64,000 bases of DNA from a virus. The notes under the pieces were generated by a model that worked only from the letters and a program-made list of their open reading frames with translations, was not told the origin of the DNA and made no database searches. The translations under genes and the position numbers were made by a program. Shown here piece by piece: positions 38,636 to 49,283 of the stretch (position 1 is its first letter; each line of letters starts with the position of its first letter). The stretch covers positions 32,001 to 96,000 of the IMG/VR virus record IMGVR_UViG_3300047472_000155, one strand, 5' to 3'.

Positions 38636-39064
38636 GTGAAAGTAATGATTAGAAAGTCTATTCACACTATTGAAGAAGTTTTGAGCCAAGCATTAATTCC
38701 AACATCACGAAAAAGAACTCCAGAAGGTAGAAAAATTATTGATGGTGATTGTATGCGCATGGATTCGCATAGATACTGGGTGTTCAAGCTTAAAGGCACA
38801 GAATGTGTAGAATGTCATATACAAGGAAAGTATTTTGCAAAAGAAAAGAGCAGCGAAAAAGACAATAGTTATCACTTCAATTTGTATGCAATTAACAACG
38901 AAGGCAAGGAAGTACTGATGACAAAAGATCATATTATGCCAAAGTCAAAAGGTGGCAAGGATCATATTGACAACTATCAGCCAATGTGCATTGTGTGCAA
39001 TATGGCAAAGGCAGACAAATTACCAGATGAATATAACGGAGGTCAGAAAGTAAATTGCAGCTAA
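38636..39064 (+). CDS. HNH endonuclease
   Basis: CVEC..TKDHIMPKSKGGKD.IDNYQPMC..CN..K. Confidence 0.88.
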   Translation: MKVMIRKSIHTIEEVLSQALIPTSRKRTPEGRKIIDGDCMRMDSHRYWVFKLKGTECVECHIQGKYFAKEKSSEKDNSYHFNLYAINNEGKEVLMTKDHIMPKSKGGKDHIDNYQPMCIVCNMAKADKLPDEYNGGQKVNCS

Positions 39065-39778
39065 GTGTAACATATCAATGGAAAGATACATTCAAAGTAG
39101 TAGAAAGAGAATTTACATCTGATTATTGGCTTAAGTTTTATATAAAACATTGGCATGAGATTAACATCTTGAAGGTAAATAACATATAACATAAGGAGAC
39201 AGGTTTCAAATATCATTGACAAGAAATAACAGAAATGATAGAATTGGGTTGCAAACAAATAATGAACGGAGGACTATTATGGAAAGTGAAGAAGAAAGAC
39301 TTGAAAGAATTAAAAAGGCTCCAATTGGAGATTTAACGGTCATAGAAATAGTTGATTCTAATCGTGAAGAAGAGGCTAAAGCATTTGTTTCAAAAGCAAA
39401 AAAGACGATTGTATTAGGTCAATTTGATGACAAAGAATTGCATAGCATATTTCACAAACTTAACAATGGAGTCAAGTTAACAAAATCTCAAAAGAAACAT
39501 ATTAAAAAACTCTTCTGATCATAGGAGGTAATTTATATGATGCTAGAATTCGCATTCGCATTAGTTGAACTTGGATATACAACAGGGTCATTAGGTGATG
39601 TGAAATACAATAGCGAAACTCAGACCGCAACAGCAACCATCGTGTATGAAGATGCAAGTACTATTGATGTAGAACTCAAAAGGAGTCCAGAAGGGTCATG
39701 GAAAAAGGTAAAGTCTACATCTGGCAATATATTGTGAACAATTTTAAAATATAAAACATATTATTAGGAGGAATTATT

Positions 39779-40273
39779 ATGACAACAATTAAATCTTTTC
39801 AGCACAATTTGGGGCTTGTGGCAGTTGATCCAATCAGTGAGTTTGAAGGAGTCATTGTAAGTCGTGTTCATTATTTGTTTGGATGTTCACAATATGGTTT
39901 GGCATCCAAGAAAAATAATGATGGTTCAATACCTAACACAGAATACTTCGATGAAGCAAGAATTTCCATTGTTGAAGAAAAAATCAAAACTGATAGAACT
40001 AATGAGTTTTCTGAAATATTTGCTATTTCATTGGGCAAGAAAGCACGTGATAAAGTAACTGGATTCACAGGAATTATATCTTACGCAATAGAATATCTTT
40101 ATGGCTCCACTCAATACGGATTGTTGCCGCAGATTGATAAAGATGGAAAGGTAGGAGAAGGACAGCAATTTGACGAAGGTCGTATTGAAATTATTGACGA
40201 TGGGATCAAACCGGAAGATGTTCAGACTCCAATACGTGGCGGTGTAAACCGTGATGCTCCAAGAGGTAAATAA
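39779..40273 (+). CDS. Hypothetical protein built from two tandem copies of one domain
   Basis: LG..A.D..S/TGF.G.I..YL.G..QYGL..FDE.RI occurs twice. Confidence 0.75.
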   Translation: MTTIKSFQHNLGLVAVDPISEFEGVIVSRVHYLFGCSQYGLASKKNNDGSIPNTEYFDEARISIVEEKIKTDRTNEFSEIFAISLGKKARDKVTGFTGIISYAIEYLYGSTQYGLLPQIDKDGKVGEGQQFDEGRIEIIDDGIKPEDVQTPIRGGVNRDAPRGK

Positions 40274-40482
40274 TATGAAAAACGATGAATACAGAGTAAT
40301 TTACGACAAAAAGAATGGATTGACTGGCATAGATACTCCTTGGATGCCAAAAAGCCTTGTTGTAAAGGAAGTTGAAAGAATAAATAGCAATAAAAATCTA
40401 TCTATTAAAAAAATTCAACGCAAGATAATTACTGATGTCACCAGTGAATTTAGTGATATCAGTAATAAGGAGGAGTGACAAA

Positions 40483-40884
40483 ATGTTAAAAGATACATGG
40501 AAAGTAATGTCGAAAGTAACGACAGATGAAACGCTAGATTGGATATTTGAATCTTCTGAAAATGATGATGTTGTAATTTTGGTTACTGCACCAAATGAAT
40601 TCGATGCATGGAAAAAGTTGGATAAACTACTAGGTGCAAATGCGCCGAAACTTGAAGAAGATGAAGTTCAAAATATTGCTGACCTTCTCTTTAGAGAGAT
40701 TTCATTATCAATGAATGATCTTAAAAAATACACACAAATTGTAACTGAATACTTGTTAACTCCAAATTACATCAATGAAAGTACGTCATATGAACAAGCA
40801 TTGAATTGTGTAAAAATGTTCAATATTAGAACGGATGATTATAATCGTTTATTTGAAAAAATGAAGTCATTGGGTGCCAAATAA
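40483..40884 (+). CDS. Hypothetical protein, modular family (domain A)
   Basis: MLKDTW..ILV.APNE.DAWKKL..LL. Confidence 0.65.
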   Translation: MLKDTWKVMSKVTTDETLDWIFESSENDDVVILVTAPNEFDAWKKLDKLLGANAPKLEEDEVQNIADLLFREISLSMNDLKKYTQIVTEYLLTPNYINESTSYEQALNCVKMFNIRTDDYNRLFEKMKSLGAK

Positions 40885-41036
40885 AGATATATAGGGGTTG
40901 ATAATCATATGAGTGCGTTCATGTATTACATTTTTTTTGGCGGTATGCTTACTATCGGTTCTTATTTTCTTGGAAGGTACGATGCTAATCGCATTAACGC
41001 CAAGAGATTAAAGAGAAAGAAAATTAAAGATGCCGA

Positions 41037-41435
41037 GTGGTTAAAAAAATGTCAAGATATAAAAATAGAGTCATAGATAAAACACATCTTTTATCTACAG
41101 GGAGGATTAATAAAATGTTAAAAACTGATTGGCTTATTAAGCCAGTAATATCTCTTGGATCAATGACTCATTGCATTTTTGCACCAAAAGACGATGAAGA
41201 CTTGACAATTTTAGTTAAAACAGATACAGAATCGGAAGCATGGGAAAAGCTAGGTGCATTATTGGGTAAGGAAGATAAGGGGAATGTTGAGACAGAAATT
41301 TTTGAAGGTGTCATAAATGTATATAGTTGCTACGGAGTTGAAAAAGCAGACGTTAGTTTCGGAGTAGCCAGTAGACTCACTGAATCCCTTGTAAAATATA
41401 AGGGAAAGCGTGTTAAGGTTACAGTAGAAATTTAA
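41037..41435 (+). CDS. Hypothetical protein, modular family (A+B); likely start at MLKTDW
   Basis: TESEAWEKLGALL..VETEIFEGVI; GGAGG RBS near 41101. Confidence 0.65.
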   Translation: MVKKMSRYKNRVIDKTHLLSTGRINKMLKTDWLIKPVISLGSMTHCIFAPKDDEDLTILVKTDTESEAWEKLGALLGKEDKGNVETEIFEGVINVYSCYGVEKADVSFGVASRLTESLVKYKGKRVKVTVEI

Positions 41436-41478
41436 GGATAGATAAAATCCGAGTTTTATCTATTGAGGGGAGGTAAAA

Positions 41479-41913
41479 ATGATGGTAAAAGCAAGAGTTA
41501 TAAAATTAACTGATCCAAATGGTTACAACTATAGAAATGATTGTGTAGACAAATTATTCGATTTAATTAGTATTGATTATGATGATACTTTGGGAAGATT
41601 ATTTACATTAGATACAACAGAATTATTGGGTTGTATTACGGTTTGGACAGAAGATTTTTTAAGCAACGACAGGAAAGAATTAGTTTTACCTGACACTATT
41701 ATAGAACGTCTTTCCAAGTCAGTGAGAGAATTTGAATATTTTGCTGATAAAGCAGAAAAAAAAGGTAATTACATTGAAGCACAAAAACTTAGGAGTTCAT
41801 CAGAAAGAGCGCGTTTAAGAATAGAAAAGAAAAGGAATGAGAGGGAAAATCCTATTGACCATTCCGAATTAACACCGTTAGAGATTGTAAGGATTAATTT
41901 AAAAAGGGAGTGA
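41479..41913 (+). CDS. Hypothetical protein, modular family (domain C)
   Basis: KLTD..YN.RN.CV..TLDTTELLGC.T.W. Confidence 0.65.
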   Translation: MMVKARVIKLTDPNGYNYRNDCVDKLFDLISIDYDDTLGRLFTLDTTELLGCITVWTEDFLSNDRKELVLPDTIIERLSKSVREFEYFADKAEKKGNYIEAQKLRSSSERARLRIEKKRNERENPIDHSELTPLEIVRINLKRE

Positions 41914-42106
41914 AAAACACATGTACATTACGCGCGAACAACGAGAAGAAGCTAGGCAGTACGTGCAACAGAAGTATGGTCACTATTGCAATAAAGCACG
42001 ACAAATGAATGTTAATCCCAGTATCTTATACTACGTTCAAGCAAGAATTTAATAAGGATATGAACGCTTCTATACGTTCTATTGTAGAGAAACTAAATAA
42101 ATAGGA

Positions 42107-42487
42107 GTGGATAATACTATGAAAGCAATAGTCAAAAAGCTTACAGATGAAACAAAATACAACTTTAGGAATGAATGCGTTGGATTACCATTCAAAGTAC
42201 TGAAATTTGAAGACAAACTTTTTGGTGGCTTGTATACGTTGGACACAACTGAACTATTGGGTTGTGTCACAGCTTGGAAAAGTGAATTCTTGAATCTATT
42301 CCAAGATATCAAATTGGAAGGGGAATTCAAAGATGCTGATTCTTTCCAAGGCATCGTTAAGTTGGATCATGATGCAAACTTTGCATCATGCTACATTGAA
42401 GGGTTTGACGGACAAGACTCATCTATATATTTGAATAAATTTCAAGGGAAAAACGTAGTTATGATCATTAAGGAAATTACTATATAA
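42107..42487 (+). CDS. Hypothetical protein, modular family (C+B)
   Basis: TLDTTELLGCVTAW..FQGIV..GKNVVMII. Confidence 0.65.
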   Translation: MDNTMKAIVKKLTDETKYNFRNECVGLPFKVLKFEDKLFGGLYTLDTTELLGCVTAWKSEFLNLFQDIKLEGEFKDADSFQGIVKLDHDANFASCYIEGFDGQDSSIYLNKFQGKNVVMIIKEITI

Positions 42488-42508
42488 ATAATAAGGGTGG
42501 TGTAAAAG

Positions 42509-42790
42509 ATGCCAATTAAAACAGGAAAAAGAATGAGCGCAGCAGAAGCTGTTGCCAATCATTTAGGTTGGGATATTGCTGATGTTAAAGATGCACGTTA
42601 TAAATATGGTCATACATCTACACCAGTGTTTACCTCAGAAGATTACTACTATTGTGCATCTAAAAGTGATGGCAAGCCAGCTACCCGCTATCTTGCAAAT
42701 GATAGTTGGGATTGGGTTCAATGTGTACCCAATAACCCATTGAATGACAAGGTTAAGTGGATTGTCTGGAAGGCACATATGAACAAGTAG
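42509..42790 (+). CDS. Hypothetical protein
   Basis: 93-aa ORF with RBS. Confidence 0.6.
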   Translation: MPIKTGKRMSAAEAVANHLGWDIADVKDARYKYGHTSTPVFTSEDYYYCASKSDGKPATRYLANDSWDWVQCVPNNPLNDKVKWIVWKAHMNK

Positions 42791-43813
42791 GAGATGATAC
42801 CATGATTGACAGCGGACTAACTACAATTGAAAATGCAAGAAATTTATTTGAATCATTTTACAAAGAAGAGTCAAATATTCTTATAAAGATCAAATTAAAA
42901 TGTTGGATCAATCATTCGGAAAGCAGACATAAAAACAACAACTATCCTTTTTCATATGGAAATTATTCTATGTTCTTAAAGGAAATTGATATGTTGCTAC
43001 AAGTTAATTATGACATGATTGATTGTAGCGATATTGGCGGTAAAGAGTATGTCATTGAGTTTTTGAAAAATAAAATAAAATAAGGAGGTTAATTTTATGA
43101 AAATTAAGTTTCGTGAAATAAGTGTTAGAAGTGGTGATTATCACGTTTTGTTAGAAGCCTATAATGAAAATGGTGATCATGAATACGAGATATTCAACAG
43201 AACTTTGCCATTCCAAAACTTTCGAAGAGGTAGACTTATCAAGAAGTTAAAAAGAAAAATGGAACAGCTTTATTCATAAGGAGTGTAAGAATATGAATAT
43301 GTTGGCGATTATTATAATTTCAATGATAGCGTTGCTTATTGAACGCATCTCAATGAAAAATGACAATTTGCACTAATAAAATATAAAATAAAAATTATTT
43401 TACCAGTTTTTTGACATCCCCGACAACTTGATATATACTTAAATAAGTTAGATTAATCAAGGGGGATTTCACATGCCAAAAAAATTCTTTAAAATCGGAG
43501 TAAGTGAACTAATTGATGGTAAAAAGTATTATGGTCTGTTTATATCAAATAATGAAGAATTTGCATGTGATTACGAATCGTTTGTAAGAGGCTGGGAGCT
43601 TAGTAAATTTGAAAACTTGAGTAATGAAGCGAAAGAGGAATGGATAAACGAATTGAAGAAAGATAGTCAGGAAGCCACAGAAGTAAAGTGATTTGTGAAT
43701 ATATAGGGATAGATTTCTCTGTGGGAGAAGTTATTCCTATTATCTTCATAAGTATTTGATATAAAGGGACGTATGATAATGTACGTCCCTTTATATTTGA
43801 GGAGGACTGTTAA

Positions 43814-44278
43814 ATGAATGCATATGAAGAATTAGAGCATTCCAGAGTAGTCAATGAATTAATGGAAGTTAAGGAAAAGATTAAACAAATGTTTCATATT
43901 GATCATGAAATAATCAAATGGAACTACACTAAGGCAAAGCAATGTGATGATCAAGCATCTGTTACAGTGTGGAGAAGCCTTATGATTGCATCGTGCAATG
44001 ACCACAGTTTTGAAGACATGTTTGAAGAAGATGGAACATATCTAGGTTTCATTTGCAAACATTGTACCGCGAACAGTGATGATGACGATGCCGAAAATGT
44101 AAAGCTTATAGTTCAAAGAAATTGTGAAACATGTACATTCAGGGGAGGAGGATCAGATTCGATATCTTGTAAACATCCGACCATAGATACATTAGAAGAT
44201 GTTCAGATTGATGAATGGATGAATAAGTATTTCAATGACAGTAAAAATTGTGTTCATTGGAAAGGAAAAATTGATTAA
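43814..44278 (+). CDS. Cys-rich hypothetical protein
   Basis: CxxC motifs; AGGAGG RBS. Confidence 0.65.
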   Translation: MNAYEELEHSRVVNELMEVKEKIKQMFHIDHEIIKWNYTKAKQCDDQASVTVWRSLMIASCNDHSFEDMFEEDGTYLGFICKHCTANSDDDDAENVKLIVQRNCETCTFRGGGSDSISCKHPTIDTLEDVQIDEWMNKYFNDSKNCVHWKGKID

Positions 44279-44357
44279 AATAAGTGTTGCAACATCGTAA
44301 ATTGTATGATAAGATAAGGTCAATGAAAGATAAAACTAAATCAAGGAGTGATTTAAA

Positions 44358-44744
44358 ATGCCATTGAATATTCCTGTGGTGAAAAGTTTGGTTACTTATA
44401 GGTTGGAAGATGAAAGATTCGCTGGTACGTATGGAGAAGGGAAGAGGGTTATCTTAGACCTTTTGGATTTATCCGATTATCAAGGTAGTCTTGAACGTAT
44501 CGAAATGTACAATCCATTCGGTAGCATTGTAAATGAAAATTATGAAAATGGACATAAAGAAGCGTTCGAAACCAGAACTTCTGGTGTAATTACTTACTAT
44601 AGGGAATTGAAATCAAATATAGGTTTGTTGCCTATCCCTATTAAAGTAATTTTTGAAATTGAGTATGTCTTAACCATTGAAACAGGTGATGACGAAATTG
44701 CATTTATGATTGGCGAAAAGGTTGAAGGATTCACAACAGAGTAA
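44358..44744 (+). CDS. Hypothetical protein
   Basis: 128-aa ORF, AAGGAG RBS, upstream promoter. Confidence 0.65.
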   Translation: MPLNIPVVKSLVTYRLEDERFAGTYGEGKRVILDLLDLSDYQGSLERIEMYNPFGSIVNENYENGHKEAFETRTSGVITYYRELKSNIGLLPIPIKVIFEIEYVLTIETGDDEIAFMIGEKVEGFTTE

Positions 44745-44945
44745 AACTTTCAAATATATTTTTTGCAAAATGTTTAAAGGCTTTGAATTCGGTTTATAAT
44801 GATATCATCAATGAAAAACGCCATAAAGTAACGGATTAAAAAAGTTTATTTTTTCCAAGAAAAACGTTGACTTCACTATTCATAAGTGATATGATGAAAT
44901 CAACCAATAAACAAGTAAAATAAAAACAAAAAACGAAGGGTAAAG

Positions 44946-46529
44946 GTGATTATCATGGCAAAGGGCGGCGCGGCAACAGTAAATGGATCAAGAAGAGGAC
45001 AGGGTGGCAAGACAACAACTCCACCAAGCGATTCTCAATTGACACTGGTTGACCAAGAAAAGGAATTGGAGCTTGATATTTTCCACAAAACAATGGGCAT
45101 TCGTTCTATTGTAGAACAAAGACGACTTATCAAGTTTGACATGGCGATTCAACGTAATGAAGTTTGGAAGGAAACAAAGGATGTGCATCAACAGTCACTC
45201 CTTATTGACTCCATTCTTCGGAAGTATCCAATTGGTCAAGTGTTCGTTATTCAAATGGGTGACGAATTCATGTGGATGGCTGATGGTAAACAACGTTGGA
45301 CAACAGTGTTCAAATTCATTGACAACAAATTCGCACTTGCCAAGGGTATTCGTCCCGTAAAGGCAAAGGATAACGAAACAGGCGAAGTCAAGGTGTACGA
45401 TATTGAAGGGAAATTCTTCAAAGACTTGGATAAAGTACTCCAATCAAAAATTATGGGGTACGAAATGGATGTCAAATTCCTCCAAAATGCTACACCAGCA
45501 GAGATTGAGGAAATCTTCCTTCGACTCAACAATGGTACACCATTGACCAAGATCGAATTAACACGTGTCGAACTTGGAGAGGTAAACATGATCAAAATTT
45601 CGGATATTGCCGAAAAACGTTTCTTCAAAACCATGTCATTCATTTCCGAAACGTCACGCAATCGCTTTATTGACCATGAAATGATCCTTCAAACGCTTAT
45701 GATCATTATGGACAGAGAATCCGGAATTTCAGGAAATGAAATCCGTGAATTTGCCAAGGCGATTAAGGTAAATGGCATTTCCGATGAAGTTATCAATGTT
45801 ATGAAAGGAACATCAGACTACCTTGCAGACGCATTCGAACAATTTGTTACGATTAAGGATGGCAAGGAAGAAATGCCATTCCTGAATAAAATGCTCAAAA
45901 AGGTTCATGTACCTATCATCTTTGCAACGGCTTATGAAGCCATCTATAAAGATGGAAGAGAGCTTGAGCCAGAAGTATTTGGATTGTGGGTGAAGTCATT
46001 CCTTGTCGACCGTAAAACTCCTATTGATTACAAGGACGCTACGGCAGGCGGTTCTGCTAAAAAGGATCAAGTCAATACTCGACTTCGTGAAATGAAAAAA
46101 GATTTCAAAAAGCACATTGAAAATGTGCAAAAAACATGGGAAGAAAATGAACCTATTCGTTTGAAGCTCAAACAAGATGCCGAAGAAGAGGCGGCACGAT
46201 TGGCGAAACTTGCAAACCCTGATGGTGATGGTGGAACTCATGAAAATGGTGGCAATGGTGAAGGTGATGGTGAAACGCCTCCTTCTGACTTGAATACACC
46301 TCCAAATGATACACCTCCAAGTGACGAAGAGGATAATACACCTCCTTCGGAAACTCCTCCAGTTGACGATGGAGAGAATGTTTCTTCCAATGATTCCAAT
46401 GATTCGAATGAAAATGGTGAAAATGGTAAAAACGGTGAAAGTGGAGAGCCTAATTCGGATAACGATGAAGGCACTGACAAGGACAAAGAACCGGAAAGCA
46501 ATGGTTCCGAAGATGGTTCCGAAGAATAA
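44946..46529 (+). CDS. DUF262 (ParB/Srx-like, GmrS-type) protein with acidic low-complexity tail
   Basis: IQR..VW..LLIDSIL..YPI..DGKQR.T..IF.RLNNG.PL. Confidence 0.85.
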   Translation: MIIMAKGGAATVNGSRRGQGGKTTTPPSDSQLTLVDQEKELELDIFHKTMGIRSIVEQRRLIKFDMAIQRNEVWKETKDVHQQSLLIDSILRKYPIGQVFVIQMGDEFMWMADGKQRWTTVFKFIDNKFALAKGIRPVKAKDNETGEVKVYDIEGKFFKDLDKVLQSKIMGYEMDVKFLQNATPAEIEEIFLRLNNGTPLTKIELTRVELGEVNMIKISDIAEKRFFKTMSFISETSRNRFIDHEMILQTLMIIMDRESGISGNEIREFAKAIKVNGISDEVINVMKGTSDYLADAFEQFVTIKDGKEEMPFLNKMLKKVHVPIIFATAYEAIYKDGRELEPEVFGLWVKSFLVDRKTPIDYKDATAGGSAKKDQVNTRLREMKKDFKKHIENVQKTWEENEPIRLKLKQDAEEEAARLAKLANPDGDGGTHENGGNGEGDGETPPSDLNTPPNDTPPSDEEDNTPPSETPPVDDGENVSSNDSNDSNENGENGKNGESGEPNSDNDEGTDKDKEPESNGSEDGSEE

Positions 46530-46645
46530 TTAATCAAATTAGCGCCACATGATATATGTGGCGCTTTCTATTATTTAGTATAGATTCTCTTGACAAATAA
46601 TTTCAGGGATTTTATACTAAGTAATAGATAAAATGAATTGAAGGG

Positions 46646-47365
46646 ATGATAAAAATGAGTAAAAAAAGTTCTGAGAAGTTGAAAGAAACTATTCAAAAAT
46701 TGCTTGTAAAAGCAGGAGATAGTGGTGCTACTTTAGCAGAAAAAGACGAAGCTTACTTGTTAGCGCAACGACTAATGCTTAAACATAATATAGAAGAAGA
46801 TGAATTATATGAAAAGACACATGAACAAAAACGATTAGAGGAGATATATCATAAGCCAGCGACAGATTATATAAAGCCTAATTTTTGGCATAGAGGGTTG
46901 GCTAGAATTATTTCAACAAACTTTAAATGTATCCATTATTTAGATGGATGGCATGGAGACTACATGTCTAAAGATGCTAATAAATCAAGGCTTATGATGT
47001 TCGGAGTAAGAGAAGATGTTGAAATCGCTGTGCAAGTATATGAAGATGCATTCAAAGCAATTGAAGTATTTTCCAAAGAGTATATAGAAGGGAGAAAAGA
47101 TATTCCTAAAAATAGAAAAACACCAATTAAGAATGACTTTATTTCAGGTTATCTTGAAGGATTAAAATCCAAATTTGAAGATCAAGTTGCGAAATATCAG
47201 CTTGTTCTTGCAGTAAGTGCTCTTGTAACAAAGGAATATGATGATATGGGATTCTCCACAGCAAGAGCAGCAACTAGACTTACCGCACATGATCAACATG
47301 CCAAGGCTCAAGGATACGTCAAAGGTAGAAACTTTACTGGGGCGAATAAAGAACTTTTGAAATAA
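46646..47365 (+). CDS. DUF2786-domain protein
   Basis: IQKLL.KA..AT..E..A..AQRLM.KHNI N-terminus. Confidence 0.75.
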   Translation: MIKMSKKSSEKLKETIQKLLVKAGDSGATLAEKDEAYLLAQRLMLKHNIEEDELYEKTHEQKRLEEIYHKPATDYIKPNFWHRGLARIISTNFKCIHYLDGWHGDYMSKDANKSRLMMFGVREDVEIAVQVYEDAFKAIEVFSKEYIEGRKDIPKNRKTPIKNDFISGYLEGLKSKFEDQVAKYQLVLAVSALVTKEYDDMGFSTARAATRLTAHDQHAKAQGYVKGRNFTGANKELLK

Positions 47366-47482
47366 AATTACACCAATGTCAAATGAACTAGGAGGAGTAA
47401 AATGAAATTTGTATGGACTTTAATCATTTTGTTTGCAATGGTTGTAATGTCAATATTAACTAAATAAAGGAGAGAGAATATC

Positions 47483-47833
47483 ATGACAAAAGAAGCTACA
47501 AAAAGAGAAGGTCTTGAAATTACACTCAGAAAGTTTGATAAATCATGTAAGGGTCCAAATGATTACATTGAGTTGCTTGTTGTATTCCTTCGTGCAATAA
47601 AACCTGACAATGGATTGGCATGGTCAGAAGTAGAAGAGATTATTGAAACTATCACAACAGAGCGCGAAGCATTAAATATGAAAGATTCTCCACTTGACAT
47701 GTATTCGGTATTACAGGGAAAGAAACAGTTGATTGGAGAAATTGATCAATGGATGAACGTTGGTCATAGTATGCAAGAAAGTGTCTATCAACTAAAAAAG
47801 ATGTATTTTAATACTGTGGAGGAATTCAAATGA
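47483..47833 (+). CDS. Hypothetical protein
   Basis: 116-aa ORF, AAGGAG RBS. Confidence 0.65.
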   Translation: MTKEATKREGLEITLRKFDKSCKGPNDYIELLVVFLRAIKPDNGLAWSEVEEIIETITTEREALNMKDSPLDMYSVLQGKKQLIGEIDQWMNVGHSMQESVYQLKKMYFNTVEEFK

Positions 47834-48080
47834 ATAAAGTCGAACAAGCTACAGAGTTAATGAAAACGTACAATGAAATTTCAGTTCAATATGAGGAAAT
47901 TTGCAAAAAAATGGGAGAAGAAGAAAGACGCATAACTCCCAATCTGAGAAATATTGTTCAACAGATGAATAAATCTGAATTGCTTGAGTTTTATAGTGGA
48001 ATAAATATTGCAACCGCTTTGAAGTTTGAGCTGTTTAAGTATATGAGGGAATTAAATCTACTATAAAAAAGGGGAGTGAA

Positions 48081-48467
48081 ATGGGAATGCTAAAAACAAA
48101 GTGGACTATTGAACGTTGTGGAACATATGCTGACAAAAATACATTGTGGCATTTCACATCAAGTGAAGATGATTCAACTTCACTTTATTTGAGAGCTGTT
48201 GACGAAGACAAAGCTTGGAACAAGTTAGGTAATCTATTGCACAAAGATGGGAAAGAAGCGTGGGAAGAGTTGGGCAAGTTATTGGACAAGGAAGAAGATA
48301 CATCAACTAAAACCTTTGAAGGTAAAATAATTTTAAGAGATATGTACGATTTAATTTTCTTTGACAATTATAGACCATCAATACCCACTCTTCACGAAAT
48401 GCTTATCCATGGTGGAATTGGAGAGGTAGAGGTAGAAGTCAGAGTTAAATCATTGAAAGGAGAGTGA
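48081..48467 (+). CDS. Hypothetical protein, modular family (A+B)
   Basis: MLKTKW..EDKAWNKLGNLL..EAWEELGKLL..FEGKI. Confidence 0.65.
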   Translation: MGMLKTKWTIERCGTYADKNTLWHFTSSEDDSTSLYLRAVDEDKAWNKLGNLLHKDGKEAWEELGKLLDKEEDTSTKTFEGKIILRDMYDLIFFDNYRPSIPTLHEMLIHGGIGEVEVEVRVKSLKGE

Positions 48468-48790
48468 ATGAAATGCTAAAAGATAGTTGGTATATTAAGC
48501 AAAAAAGTTGCGGGAATGATGGAACAGATTGGCACTTTCAATGTTCTAAGGACGAAGATTACATGATTCTAGTTCTTGCACCTACAGAATCGGAAGCATG
48601 GAAAAAGCTAGGTGTGTTATTAAATGAAAATGTTGAGACAGAAGTTTTTGAAGGTGTTATAAGTTCATGTAGTTTTTCCAGTCTTGAAAGTGCATTTGTG
48701 ACATTTAAAGTAAGTCAAGATTGTGCAACATCCCTTCTTAAACTTATGAATAAGAAAGTCGATGTTCAGTTAAAATTAAGGGATAGATAA
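48464..48790 (+). CDS. Hypothetical protein, modular family (A+B)
   Basis: MLKDSW..APTESEAWKKLGVLL..VETEVFEGVI. Confidence 0.65.
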   Translation: MNEMLKDSWYIKQKSCGNDGTDWHFQCSKDEDYMILVLAPTESEAWKKLGVLLNENVETEVFEGVISSCSFSSLESAFVTFKVSQDCATSLLKLMNKKVDVQLKLRDR

Positions 48791-48824
48791 AAACTTACTT
48801 TTATCTACAGGAAGGGGATGGAAA

Positions 48825-49283
48825 ATGGGCAGAGTTTGGAGAGCAAGAGGAGGCAGAAAGGTAAGAAAATACTCAAAACCAGAAGAAAGGATAATTAGAG
48901 AAATCAAAAATAATAGACATCATGTATGTTATTTTTGCCTTAAACACATCGAAGAAGATGATGATTTGACCGTAGATCATCTTTATCCTTATGATGGCAA
49001 TAATACGAATGAGGAAAATTGTGTAATTTCTTGTAAATCATGCAATAATGAAAAAGGTGCAATGAATGAAGGTGAATATAGTTTATTTAAGTCTTACAAG
49101 TTAAATATGTCAGAAAAGACAACTGAGCTTATTCTATTAGAACAAGAAAGAGTGGTAGAAGAGTTAAAGAAACACAATAGAAAAGACAATTTTGCCTTTG
49201 ACGACGATAATATGTTATTAATGTACAAGGCGAAAGCAGTTCACATACTCTTAAAGGAGCGTGATTCAATTGGAAAAGTTTAA
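48825..49283 (+). CDS. HNH endonuclease
   Basis: CYFC..TVDHLYP..N..NCVISCKSCNNEKG. Confidence 0.85.
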   Translation: MGRVWRARGGRKVRKYSKPEERIIREIKNNRHHVCYFCLKHIEEDDDLTVDHLYPYDGNNTNEENCVISCKSCNNEKGAMNEGEYSLFKSYKLNMSEKTTELILLEQERVVEELKKHNRKDNFAFDDDNMLLMYKAKAVHILLKERDSIGKV

